Shown: piece by piece, positions 11,917 through 24,327 of the stretch
How the letters are laid out: each line of letters starts with the position of its first letter
Position numbering within the stretch: the first letter of the stretch is position 1
DNA from: Lama glama
Lineage: Eukaryota
DNA: 64,000 bases
Reading direction: 5' to 3'
NCBI GenBank assembly: GCA_028534125.1
Contig: CM052817.1
Span: forward strand, 94,552,001 to 94,616,000
Translations under genes and position numbers: made by a program
The notes under the pieces: generated by a model
Databases searched by the model: none
Told to the model about the DNA's origin: nothing
What the model saw: the letters and a program-made list of their open reading frames with translations, nothing else

Positions 11917-13369
11917 CTGGTTCTTCTTAACCAGGCCCAGAAGAGACTACCTTTAGTACCTTTCTTCTGGATCCTCTGAGCTACACTTTGTTGTTTTTTG
12001 TTTGGTTTTTTTTTCATTTATTCTGGTCTCCATTAGCCAGCATTGATTTATTTTGCATGGACTCATATAGCTCTAACTAATAGAGGAAGGCATACATTAT
12101 CAGAGAGAAGTAGCCTGAAATTCAGAATCCGAGATGATGCCACCCCTGGGACCTATGATGCACAGATTTAGCCTGGAATCAAAGCATCGGCGTCTTCATG
12201 GCACCTGTATCTTCATGCTGGGAGAAGGTCAAGGGCCCAGCCTGAGAAGCCCCTCTCTTGTGGAGGTTGTGCTTCTGCTACGGTTATTTAATCTCGGGGA
12301 GAAGCCAAAGTGGGAGACCAGCCATGGCCCGAGGATGTGGCTTGAGAGCAAGGGCAAGTTGGCTGGACCTTGTAACACATCCTTCAGTTTCACCAAATGA
12401 GGCTTCTACCGCAGGGACCTGGTACACGTCGTTTGCTCTGAGGCAGGGCGTCTCGAACTTTAGCTCGTGCTGGCCATGCCTTCCATCTTCCCTCAGTGCT
12501 AACCAACCCAGAAGACTTGACTGCTTCTTACTCTCTGTCTTTGATATTAAGGGGACATGACTATGGTTTTTAAAAACGACACAGTGCTGTGATATTCTAG
12601 TACGTCCTCCTGGGAGGGAGAAGACGTGTAGTGTGGTTGCTGAATACAGTACATGTCTTTGACATTGTAAACTCAAAGTAGTATGGCCAGCAAGTTTAAA
12701 TTTACACATTTAGAAAGTATTTCACAGGGTGCTACCCTTACTCTGATAATTGCAGAAAAAGTTGTTCAGATATTCTGTTCTCCCTGCTTTTGCCCCTATA
12801 TGGCAAAATTTCCCTAACCTTATGCATCTTCCATAGAGATGAAAAAGAGAACTTTGTACCCTGTGAATGCAAAAACCATGAAAACAAATTAAGCCTTTAG
12901 CAAACATTTTCCACATACAACCTTCAGCTGATAGCTGGTGAATGGATACCTTGTGTCAAATTAGAGGAGTTTTTGCTGATGTGGGAACCCTATGTTTATA
13001 GGTGTTTACGAAACAGAGTTCCTCGGAATCTGATAAGTCTCTATTTATTCCTTTTTTTCCAAGTGGCATAGCCTTGCATTGATGGGCGAGTGCTGTTCCA
13101 CAGCTCACATGCAGCATCTTTGCTGATTCTTGGTTTCTTCTTCAGCCGCAGGCCCTTCATGCTTGGGTGGCAGCTCTGCATGCAGACTGGCTGCCAAGGA
13201 GTTCCCAGCTCACCGCGTGCTCCCGTTGGAGGGCGCTATTATTGTGTCTAGGTGACCATTTCTTTCTTAGAATTATCTGGCAATTAGATATTATGTGTCA
13301 AAAACCATTCTGTTTTGCACATTTTTAAAACCAGAGACTTCATTTCTAAGACTTTATCTTATGTAAAAT

Positions 13370-13576
13370 GAATAAACAGGATCTTACTGTATAGCACCAG
13401 GAGCTACATTCAATATCTTGTACTAATCTATAATGAATGAGAATATGAAAAAGGATATATACATGTATAACCGAATCACTTGGCTGTACACTAGAAACTA
13501 ACACAACATTGTACATCAACTATACTTCAATAACAAAATGTTTTTAAAAAATAAAGAAAAGAAAGAAAGAAAGAAA
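13370..13576 (+). mobile_element. L1 3' UTR end with A-rich/(GAAA)n tail
   Basis: tactgtatagcac...gctgtacactagaaactaacacaacattgtacatcaactatacttcaataa. Confidence 0.9.
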
Positions 13577-13619
13577 TGCTTTATGCTCTAATGCTGGCAG
13601 AGTGCAAAGAATTAGCTCC

Positions 13620-14015
13620 AGGGATAATAGAAAAAAAAAAGCAGTTTAAATAGCCAGTAATAGAGAAATGCTTACACAAATTATCATGAAATACTATAAT
13701 CAGTACAAATAACGTGTAGAAGGATAGTTAATGACATGGGAAGACAGTCACAACATACTATTAAAAATACAATTTGAAAGAGTATATTAACATTTCCGTA
13801 TACTGTAAAAAAAATATACATTGCAAAATAATTGTCCTGTATGATCCTTTTGTAGAGAATTACCTATTTTTGTGAGTTGGTGGGAACCTGTATGTAAATA
13901 TATAGAAAAAAGACCGAAAAAAATACTCTCAAATATTGAGATTTTTTTCTCCTTTTGCTTATTAAATGTTCTACCATGAGAATACATTTCTGTTTACTAA
14001 TAAAAAATCCATTAT
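13620..14015 (+). mobile_element. Old L1M 3' fragment
   Basis: Degenerate L1ME/MC-like 3' text (aaatactat...atgacatgggaaga...ccatgagaatacatt). Confidence 0.5.
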
Positions 14016-15971
14016 TTAAAGACTGAGTCGAAAAATGAAAACGAATCTACACTTCCTGACTTTGGAAGACCCCTCTTCGCCACAAGGAAAACAAAGCCGG
14101 TACGTTTGTTCTCTGTTTTGATCACTAGAGGTCACCAAAGTCATAAAGATTATCGGTAATTTGTTTCGCCTTCCCTTTTCATTTTGAATCACAGAGGGAT
14201 GTTTCTGGCCTCTCCTGTTAGGCAGTTTTGAAGCATTTACTGGAAGACCTCTTGCTGCGTAGAGTTAAGGAGAGTAAACTGTTTGGACTAGTTTTTTTTT
14301 TTTTTAACATTAAATATTCCTTGAAACAGACAGCCATCTATCTATGGGACTATTCAAAACAGATGGGTGTTTCTGGAGAATGTGATTTATTTCCTCCTCT
14401 GATACCAAAGGGCCTATTGGCTGATACCTGCTGAATGTGAGTTCTGAGCGCTGCTGTTGAGACAGAACCACAGAACACCCAGCAGCAGCACACATCGTTT
14501 CAAATGAAACAGCATGGACCATTTCAAGGAAAAAACGTTGTGCCTTTACTGGTAACATGTGTGGTGTAGGAGGGCTTCAATGAAGCAGAACATTCAAGAA
14601 CACCCATGGCATCTTCTGAATAACAGACCACACTACCTTTTCGCATGTTAACGATTCTGCATTTTTTGAATTCAGCAAAAGCCCAAATCCCCAGACCCTA
14701 AAATGATGGAGAGACGGGGAAGATTGAGAAACTACTCTGGAATCCTGCAAAACCTTAAGGAAACTGTCTCACTCCTAAGGGTCATCAAGCAGAGAGAGTA
14801 AGGTAGAGTAACTGATTTCAGTGTTCTTACGTGGGCCCATTTCAGGAAGGCAGAATTCATAGTAAAAGATGGGGTTTCCATGGTTAAGTAAGGTGCAGTG
14901 TGTGGAAGGTGCCCGTTTGTTGGGAGTTACCCATGGTGGACAAAGATGCAGTAGGCAAGAAGCCTCTCACCGTGTCAGTGTTTCACTTACCAAGAGAGAA
15001 ATTAGTTACCTGCTCATGTGGATGAGTCTGTGCTTGAATTCCCGGGAAAACTGTGCCAACCATTCTTTTCCATAAGAAAGCCCGGCGCTTAGATAACTGA
15101 TAAATCCAAGGTCGAGACTCTGGTACAAAACTGTAAACTAAGAGACTTCAAGCCAGTATCAACGCGACACATTTTGCAGGCTGGTTTGTTCCTTCTTCAG
15201 GGGACCTCATTGGACTTTGATCTTGGTTAACTTTGAAGTATCCAAGGTTCCCACTTTCCATAAGTTTTTTTTTTTTTCAAGTTTAATCAGACAGGCGGGC
15301 AAAGGAAATCTAAACCTTAAAAGAAGTGAAAACAACGAGACACAGTCAGTTATATATTTTCAGTACTTTGTTTAAAGTAGCACATTGCTGTACTTAAAAC
15401 ACTTCACATCATTGAGTTATTTATTAAGTTGTAAATAAAAGTCACATTTTCCACTGTATCTTAGGAGACACATTTGGAAACATGTTGTCGGGAACCTGCT
15501 GTATGATTCGTGTGAAAAGTTTAGTTAAATGCAAAACTACTGACTGCAGGTCATGCTGTCCTAGAAACTATTACCATGAAATAGTTGTTAACTTAAAGGA
15601 AATATTTATATAGAAAGTCTCATATTGAAGATCTCATATCTGAAAGCTGGTCTTTTATGGAATTTCATAGGCCATGTATTCTGAAGTCTACTGGAAACTT
15701 GGGTTTGCATTTGTATTTATAAAGTGATTCAGATACTTCAAAACACTCAAGTTTATTTCACTCTTATTACACTTCAGACTTATGGGACTATTTTCCTCAT
15801 TATCATAAAGGCAATTTTACTTGATAATGAAGTATATATACACAATCACACACATATACATGCATTTGTGTGTATAAACTTATCATCTGGGACAAAATCA
15901 GTTATGTATTGTTTCTAAAATTTGTCTTAGACGGTATTAAGAGAGAAAATTTCTTTTCGAGTGATATATTT

Positions 15972-15983
15972 TACTATTATTAC

Positions 15984-16023
<40 letters not shown>
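15972..16023. repeat. (TAT)n microsatellite
   Basis: About 17 TAT/TAC units; source of the poly-Tyr in ORF 15870-16172. Confidence 0.97.
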
Positions 16024-16024
16024 T

Positions 16025-16070
16025 AAAAAAAGGATCATACACCACTATCAGGTGGGATTTACTCCAGGGA
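16025..16070 (+). mobile_element. Isolated L1 ORF2 RT-region fragment
   Basis: 16028-16069 translates KRIIHHYQVGFTPG, matching the conserved L1 ORF2 motif K(R/K)IIHHDQVGFIPG. Confidence 0.75.
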
Positions 16071-16774
16071 TTTCTGGATTCAGGCGATTTTAAAGTTCAT
16101 CCCACCCGGGTGCCTCACTCACCTAGTCACCCTCCTTTGTCTAAGTCTCAAAGTAGGACTTCTGTCTATTGAAGAAAACAGAAAATTGATGTTATACCAG
16201 CTCATTAGCAGAGTGTGTTCTGAGGCCATTTCAGGTTACTATTTCAGTGCTCTTCCAGCAAGTAGCAGAAAGTATGAGTTTGGTCACCCAGAAGTGCTCA
16301 GTCCTCCTTTGGGTAAGTCAGATCCAGTCAGAGTACACATCTGAGGTGGTTAGTGGACGTACATAATCTGGGCAGTGATGCACATGAGAACTTGGTACAG
16401 TTGAGTTACCCATGAACTTGAGAAACATTTAGAAGTGGAATAAAAACTCGTATATCTCAGTCCTGTACCAGTCCTTTACCTTCCCATGGCATAGGAAGGA
16501 AAGCCAGGAAGGAATTAATTTACTTATCTGAAATTAAGAAGTTTACGGAAGAAACATCAGAGAAGAGAATTTAGAGCTCTAATGGGGATGTGGATAAAGA
16601 CATGTAAGCCTCTCTACCTGATCTCCTAGATAAAAATTGTTACTATGGAATGAGGCATATGGTAGACGCTGTGGCTCCCATGGCTTTGACTGTGTCCTTT
16701 GGGATGAATCTGCGGACCACCTTAGTAGGCTGGGATGTCAGAAACTGCACAGGGGCAGGCACCAGATTTTGCAC

Positions 16775-17060
16775 CTCAATACCCTGGCTTGAATCCTAGA
16801 GCTGATTCAATGTCTGGTGCTAGGTAAGTTAGTTAACCTCTCTGAACCTCAGTTTCATTGTCTGTAAAACAGAGATAATACATGCCTTGAAGGACTTTTG
16901 TGAAGATTAAAGGAGCATCTAAATATAAAACACTAACATGCCTAGCTTGTAATAAACATTTAAGGAAAGTTTGTTTCCTTTCATTGAAAGTTGTAGGGTT
17001 AAATGACTTAATATTTGTAAAAGTACTTTTGTAAGCTACAAAGTGCTGATCACACATCAG
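16775..17060 (+). mobile_element. MIR (plus a second MIR-like tail)
   Basis: aagttagttaacctctctgaacctcagtttcattgtctgtaaaacagagataata = MIR core. Confidence 0.85.
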
Positions 17061-17083
17061 TCATTATTAATGTTACCTTTAAC

Positions 17084-17316
17084 CTGTGTTTAGTGTGCAG
17101 TTAGTTCTTTTGAGGAACTTCAGGCAACAAATAGATGGCCTAGAACTGATACAGGAATTCTACCAGAGAATCCAAAGCCAAATTTAAGAGAATATTCATT
17201 TCCTCCCAAGAAAAATCATATAATGATTTCACAAAGAGCTAATTTAATTTTTTTTTTTTTTGGAATAACTACCATCTCTCGTCTTCTGAACACCAAAATA
17301 CTCCAAAGGTAGGTAA
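17084..17316 (+). repeat. Diverged local duplication, copy 1
   Basis: Aligns colinearly with 18634-18849 (shared aatagatggcc, aatccaaagccaaattta, aactaccatct, tctgaaca, gtaggtaa). Confidence 0.9.
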
Positions 17317-17979
17317 GAGAATACATAGGGTGGAAGTGAAAAGGACAAGAGAAAGACAAGATGGAAAACTGGGGCCATGGGACATTCCACCATGGGGCTG
17401 ATTGAATACGGCCTGTGATCCTAATTACTCTAACGAATGGAAAACCATTTTAAAATGTCATTTTATTTTGAAAGACACATTTATTTGACAATTAGATATC
17501 ACTAAACTGGTCTGGGAAAGGCTAGTTGTTTTAGGCTCATGATAGACTTTCTAGGAGCAGGGGACCCTTCCGGAAGTTCCCGTGTGTGTAGGAAAAGCTT
17601 AAGTTGTGCAGACCGAGTCACAGGTCCATCCCGGCAAAAGCTGACCGCGCTTGAGAGTTGGACCCTGAGAAAGCAGTGCCCTGGGAGAAATATCATTGTG
17701 TGCCCCCCAGGAGGCACTAAAAATAGGACTCAAGTGTGTAAGTCAGCAGAGCACAGAATATATACAGGCCTCTCCTGTGAGCAGGAAGGAATTGGAATTT
17801 GTTAAATCCACGTTAATACCCTGCGGGGATGTTTCTTCATAAGTCAGGGCCCTAATGTACAGTGACTTGTTCCAAGTCTTAGGAGTTATCTTAGAAGAAT
17901 CAAGGTCATAAGTCAGTCTGGTATGAAGTCACCGTGCAACGAGTCACACCAGGAGAACCAGCGACAGGACTGAGACAAC

Positions 17980-18185
17980 TTGCTTTGGCACCAGGCCGGC
18001 TTGTGACTGCCTCTGACTCTGTGACTGTGGTCAACGCGCTCAGCTCTGAGCTTCAGGTTTTTCATTTAGAAGATGGAAATATTAATAATAAGTACATTGC
18101 AGTGTTGGTATGAGGATTAAATGAGGAAATGCGCGCACGGGTTTTGGCACTGGGTTCATCAAATAAAAAGTAGCTACAACTATGA
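17980..18185 (+). mobile_element. MIR
   Basis: ctctgagcttcaggtttttcatttagaagatggaaat...tgaggattaaatgag. Confidence 0.75.
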
Positions 18186-18633
18186 ATAATATTATTATTA
18201 AAAAACCTACTAAAAATAATCTATTGTGGGGATAGGGGCCTCCAACCGAGGGCCCTTTGCGGAAATATGTCAGGAATGCAGGGGGCTGTCCTGAAGAATG
18301 TTCTGGGCTAATTTTAACTGAAAGTGAAAAATGACTGCTTAGATAACAGGAACCAAACAAAATGGGACTCGTTCAAATATATTCTTTGAACGTCTCTTCA
18401 GATTGCAATTACATTAGACTCAGTAGAAACCGCCTCAACTTAGAAGATGCATCTCTTGAACCATGGAAATCATCTCTGTGCCCATAGAAATTAAAGCACA
18501 CACTTGTTTTTAGCTCTGGTTAAGGCGTCATTTTAAAATATGCTCTATTATATACTAGTCAGCTAGAGGGACTACATGAAAAATCCCACATTCTGGTCAA
18601 TACCTGTAAGGTACATCCAAACTTGTACTCCAT

Positions 18634-18849
18634 CTGTGTTTAGTTCTCTTTGGTCACTTCAGCCAACAAAATAGATGGCCCAGAATTGACATGAGAATAT
18701 TACCAGAAAATCCAAAGCCAAATTTATTACCGCATTCATTTTTTTTTCTGTGAGAAAAGTTTTATGATAATTAACAAAAATTAACTTTATTACTTGGAAG
18801 AACTACCATCTTTCTTCCTCTGAACATGAAAATTCTCCAATGTAGGTAA
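18634..18849 (+). repeat. Diverged local duplication, copy 2
   Basis: Aligns with 17084-17316, roughly 70-75% identity by eye. Confidence 0.9.
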
Positions 18850-20039
18850 CTGTTGAAAGACACAGGGAAAATGATGCATCATCTTTAACATGTGATATTT
18901 CCTCATTGTCTACACTTTGTCTGGTGCTGCCTGCAGTCTGTGCCAAATCAGTTGTGCAACAAAACCCCAACTAGAGTAAAAGTTCTGAGAGAGGTGGAAA
19001 AAGGAATGATGCTCACTCAGGGTAGATTTTGCCTTGACGCTGCTGAGACTTGCATCTGCAATCCTCAAATCCTCAGGGACGGTTCACTGACATGGTCATT
19101 GAAGGCCATGCCCTGCTATGGTCAGCAGATATAATTTGTTCAGGTGTCTTTTCATGAAAGCAGATACAGTCTTTTATACATGAAATACTAGCATCCTGGT
19201 GTGCTGGAATACAGTCCTAAAAATAGAAGGTAATTGTAAGAGATTATAGCTGAATAACATCAAGTTATCATTAGTGCTTCCAAGAGTAACAAATTCATTA
19301 TCACAAAGTAGAGCCGTGGGCAAGAGAAGACTGAAAATCGAAGGGGAGGATCAGTCTGGAAGAGAGCTGAACAAGGTTTGCCCTGAGGCAGCAGCAGTGC
19401 GGCTGAAAGGAGAGGGAGGTATAAAAATAAGGGACAGAGTGTATGTAAGGGATGAGATACAGGTAATAGACTAAGCTGACTCTCTGGTTTCTGATTGGTA
19501 GACTATGAGGATGGTGGAGCTATTCCTTGAGATAAAAAAAAAAAAAACAGAACAAGTATGGTGGGAAAGATGATGTGTTTGCATTGGATATAATCAAATA
19601 TTATGCAGCATCAGATATAATCAAAATGCAAATGTATAATAAGATTTAATTTTTCTAGACTAGCATTTAAAATAAACGGCAAACAGCTAAGTATACATCA
19701 GAAATATTTGGTGCTATAAACAGATACAATTCAGTCACATCGCAGATCTGCCTTTTGTGAGTCGAAATTGTAAATTGGTGAGATTACTCAGTACCATAAA
19801 TTTGGAAAATAGCACATAAATGTCAAAAGTGTTGAAAATGTTAATAGTTTTATTTATTTTATTTCTATGAGTCTGTTCTAAGAAACTAATCATGGATACA
19901 GACAATTGCAAAAAAATGAATACTGCGATAAATAAAGGAGCAGAAAATTAAGACCAACCTGAAAATCCAAGAATAATGTAGTCAATTAAATCATGGTACA
20001 TTTTGTAGGACAGAATATTAGGTAGCCATTAAAAATAGT

Positions 20040-20953
20040 TTTCTTTCTTTTTTTTTAACATTTTTTATTGATTTATAATCATTTTACAATGTTGTGTCAA
20101 ATTCCAGTGTAGAGCACAATTTTTCAGTTATACGTGAACATATATATATATATATATTCATTGTCACATTTTTTTCTCTGTGAGCTACCATAAGATCTTG
20201 TGTATATTTCCCTGTGCTATACAGTATAATCTTGTTTATCTATTCTACAATTTTGAAATCCCTTCTATCCCTTCCCACCCTCTACCCCCTTGGCAACCAC
20301 AAGTTTTATTCTATGTCTATGAGTCTATTTCTGTTTTGTATTTATGTTTTGTTTGTTTGTTTTCTTTAGATTCCACATATAAGTGATCTCATATGGTATT
20401 TTTCTTTCTCTTTCTGGCTTACTTCACTTAGAATGACATTCTTCAGGAGCATCCATGTTGCTGCAAATGGCATTATGTTGTCGGTTTTTATGGCTGAGTA
20501 GTATTCCATTGTATAAATATACCACCTCTTCTTTATCCAGTCATCTGTTGATGGACATTTAGGCTATTTTCACGTCTTGGCTATTGTAAATAGTGCTGCT
20601 ATGAGCATTGGGGTGCAGGTGTCATTTTGAAGTAGGGTTCCTTCTGGATATAAGCCCAGGAGCAGGATTCCTGGGTCATATGATTAGTCTATTCCTAGTC
20701 TTTTCAGGAATCTCCATACTGTTTCCCACAGTGGCTGCACCAAACTGCATTCCCACCAGCAGTGTAGGAGGGTTCCCTTTTCTCCACAGCCTCTCCAGCA
20801 TTTGTCATTTGTGGATTTTTGAATGATGGCCATTCCGACTGGTGTTAGGTTGTAGTTTTGATTTGCATTTCTCTGATAATTGGTGATATTGATTTTTTTT
20901 CATGTGCCTATTGATCATTTGTATGTATTCCCTGGAGAATTGCTTGTTTAGGT
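20040..20953 (-). mobile_element. Young camelid-type L1, 5'-truncated (~910 bp)
   Basis: Poly(T), 3' UTR nearly identical to the L1 pieces at 43825 and 47020, then antisense ORF2 end (ttatggctgagtagtattccattgt, ctattgtaaatagtgctgctatga). Confidence 0.95.
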
Positions 20954-23929
20954 TGATGGCACAGTCCAGTCTTGGTGCAGTGAGCAGGGACTGCACCAGG
21001 TGTGCATAGCAGGAGATAAGGATCAATGAGGGATGGCTTGGACACTGGCTACCACAGTAGGACAATGCTGATGGTAAAATAACTGAGTGAAGTAAAGACT
21101 ATTAAAGAGACTTAATTATTCAAATAATGATAGTCAACAATATGGAGATGTCAGAATATTAACTGCCTATGTGTGTTGCAAGACTACAACAGTTTTATTG
21201 TCTTCCTTATCATCTTTGTTATCACACAAAATGTTTATAGTTAGCATGTATTTTATTCATTAGGTTCTTCATAAATGCCAAAGAACCTCAGAAAATATAT
21301 TGAAGTTTTAATGTTTTTACATTGACTCAAAGTTGTCCCAATAAAACTCAAGTTAGTTACTAAAAGGAAAAAAATATTGACTCATTCCTCTAATTTAGTA
21401 CAATTAGTTAAGCTTAGGATCAAGAGATTATACTTTGATTTCTTATTGAACAGCTCTCTGTATTTCCTAGAGTATTTTGTAGAAATTCAAATGCAATAAG
21501 TGGCTCCTATGTTGACGACCATGAAGATGTTTTTGCTTTTCAGTTTTCCCACTTTATCAAAGGTACCATGTGCCTAGGCTAGACAATCACTAAGGGAACT
21601 TCCCGTCCTCCAATTCATTGATTTTTAGCAGTTATTTATTTAAAAAAACTTAATGAGTACAAGGCACAGAGCTTTCCTAGTCAACTGTACCACAGTCCAA
21701 GATTCATGAAGGATTTGAAGGTGTTTTCTGGAAAGAAAAGTTGAGGCAAATGTTTATTTTTCACTTGCACCATGAAATCGCGTCCTTACCCCGACACACC
21801 AGAAGTTGGCATTTGGAGATGTAAAGGAATACAGATGTTTTCTGCAGCATTTACAAAGCCTCAGTGGCTTGCTGCATGGAGTGGGGCGTATCTGTGGACT
21901 TGTTTAGTCCTGAGGAGTGTCTGCAGATACCCCCCACGAACGTCCTTCCTGGTGTGTTACTGTTTACTGGTATTTCCTCCTGCAGGATATCCCCTCTGCT
22001 TGTCTTCCCGCATGAGAGAGTACAGATGTTTCTGAAAGCATCTTTGCATGGGTTTACTTGAAGCAAGATGTTGAGAGAAGAGGTGAAGCTCTGAGGGAGG
22101 TGGAGGGGCCAGAGAGGACGGCACTGGGCCGGGCTCTCCCGGCTACGGTAACGTAAGCTGTTCTCCGGGGAATGACTGCCCTTCTTGTTTCATGAGAATG
22201 GGCTCTTGCTGTTACAGAGGCCAGAGATGTTCTAGTACTCTTTCACATTTTCAGAGTTCAAATAGCCCCATTATGATGATGCTTTTGGATGTTCTGTTGG
22301 TCTCATTGAGGTCCTGAGATTGCAATTCAGTGTGTTTCAATTGGTGAGTGTTTTAAAAAATGAAATGACTGAAGTATTTCCCAGTGTCCGAGATAGAGGA
22401 GCCTTGGAGATAGGATAGGCCAGTCCAAGGAAAAAGGAAGACTTGATTTGACTCCAAGCAAGTGAAATGAATGGTTACAAAATCTAGTCAAAAGGGCTCT
22501 GTAAACATATCTTTAAGTGCTAGTCATGTGGTAAAGCTTGAGAACTGAGCTAGAACTGAGAAAAAGGGCTTCACAACCAGGACTCTTGGGTGTCGGTAGC
22601 CACAACTGCAAATAAATAGTTAAATGTTTAACGACCTGTGGTGTATTGTACTCTTGAGTGTAACGAGGTGCTTCCTAGGAGATGGAGAGCCCTGAGATCT
22701 GCCCCAGGGAGCTGCAGACTTACTGGTTTGGCGGGAAGGGAAGGGGAGAAATGCCTGGAGGATATTGCTGTCAAACGACTAAGTCAAAGAGACAAATTTA
22801 GAGGTCCAAGTATACACTGTGATGATAAACACATTCTGAAAGAAGAGGGGGACTGTACTCTCAAAATGGCATGTAAAGCAATGCGTACAGAGTAATTCAG
22901 ACTGTAGTTTGTGGTCTAATACACACCTGTTCCAATGGAAGCACAGTAGGACTTCTAGATACGTATCTGTGTCAAACCAAACCAAATCAGTGTGACTGTG
23001 AATGCTTCTTGGCCATGATCAATTCACAAGGCTGATAGAGAATCCACAAAGATGAGTCTGAGGAAAAAAACCCGCACTGGTCTTATCTTTCCCCAACACT
23101 TTTCCAAAGGACAAGAGCCTGTCCCAGAGCTTAAATGAAATGAATGAATAATGAACACAGAGTGAAAATGGGGAGGAGGCCTGCTTAAAAGTTCTGCTTT
23201 CACACTGTGGTTGGCTTCTCCCAACCGAGTCCTTAACTCTAGAAACATGACGTGAATTATAGAGGGGTTCACAGATGGAGGGATGACTATGCTAAAGTCC
23301 GTCTCCTTGTAGAATGACTGCCATTCTGTCCTTCTCCTCATCCTCATCTTTGCGAAGCAAGGTCAGCTGTCTGAGACGATAAAAGAATGCCAGGACTTAG
23401 GAAATGGACAAGGCGTGAAAGGTGTCCAGTTTGAGGAAGAATGGAAAGAAGGGAAAGAGATCATCTCCCACTCACACCCCTAGGTCCAGTGCGAAAGGAG
23501 GAGCAATGGATATTTACTGCATGTTTGCAGTGTGGTGTGCAGCAGGAATAATTTGTGTGCATTATTTTGTACATATATCTTGTCATAATTCAGTGAGATA
23601 GGTCTCATTGTTTTGCTAGTGAAAAAAATCAGAGGAGCAAATACATTAATGATTTGCAAAAAAATAATACCAGCTGTAGGTGGCAGACTCCGTTTCTGAA
23701 CCGTGCTGTTTTGCTCCAAGGTCGATCTTCTTTCCAGTCCTCAGTACTTCTTTCCTAAGCAGCCCATCATGAATGGCATAAATTAACCCATGCAGCACCA
23801 CTGAGATGCAGGTGGCTGTTCTGCTGTTCCTTGGAAAGGTCAAGCTTGCTTTTATGCTCAGGTGTCCTAAACAGCCACCTCCTCCCATCATTCTGTCCTC
23901 TGCTCAGCTGTCACCACCCTAGAGACATC

Positions 23930-24160
23930 TTCCCTTTTGTCATCCTCAATCCCCTTACCTCCCCAACTTCCCTTCACAGCACTCATTCCAACAAGACATT
24001 CTGTGTCTATTTGAGTATTTGCTTGTTTTTTGACTCTTACATTAGAAGGTATGCTTCAGGGAGGCAGAAACTTTGTTTTGTTTACTGCTGGATCCATAGA
24101 ACCTAGATCTGTAATTTAAGAGATGTTCTGTACATACTGTTTGGTCAATGAATAAATAAG
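23930..24160 (+). mobile_element. L2 3' end fragment
   Basis: atgcttcagggaggcagaaactttgttttgtttactgctggatcc...tcaatgaataaataa. Confidence 0.65.
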
Positions 24161-24327
24161 CGTATTGTTATGAATATTTCTTAAGCAGAGGAGAAAAATC
24201 ATGATCAGCCTCAAATCTCTTAGTCTAACCTCTACCCTTCCCTACTCCACTTTCTTTTCCAAGTTTAACTGAAAAATCAAGCCTCAGTTTCCTCTTCATC
24301 TGTCTGATGGTACAATTCACTACCAAT

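Noticed and set aside
12134..12709. Overlapping 88-141 aa ORFs
   Set aside because: No domain similarity, consistent splice signals or codon pattern that I can see
15870..16172. 100-aa ORF with poly-tyrosine
   Set aside because: Translation of the (TAT)n microsatellite
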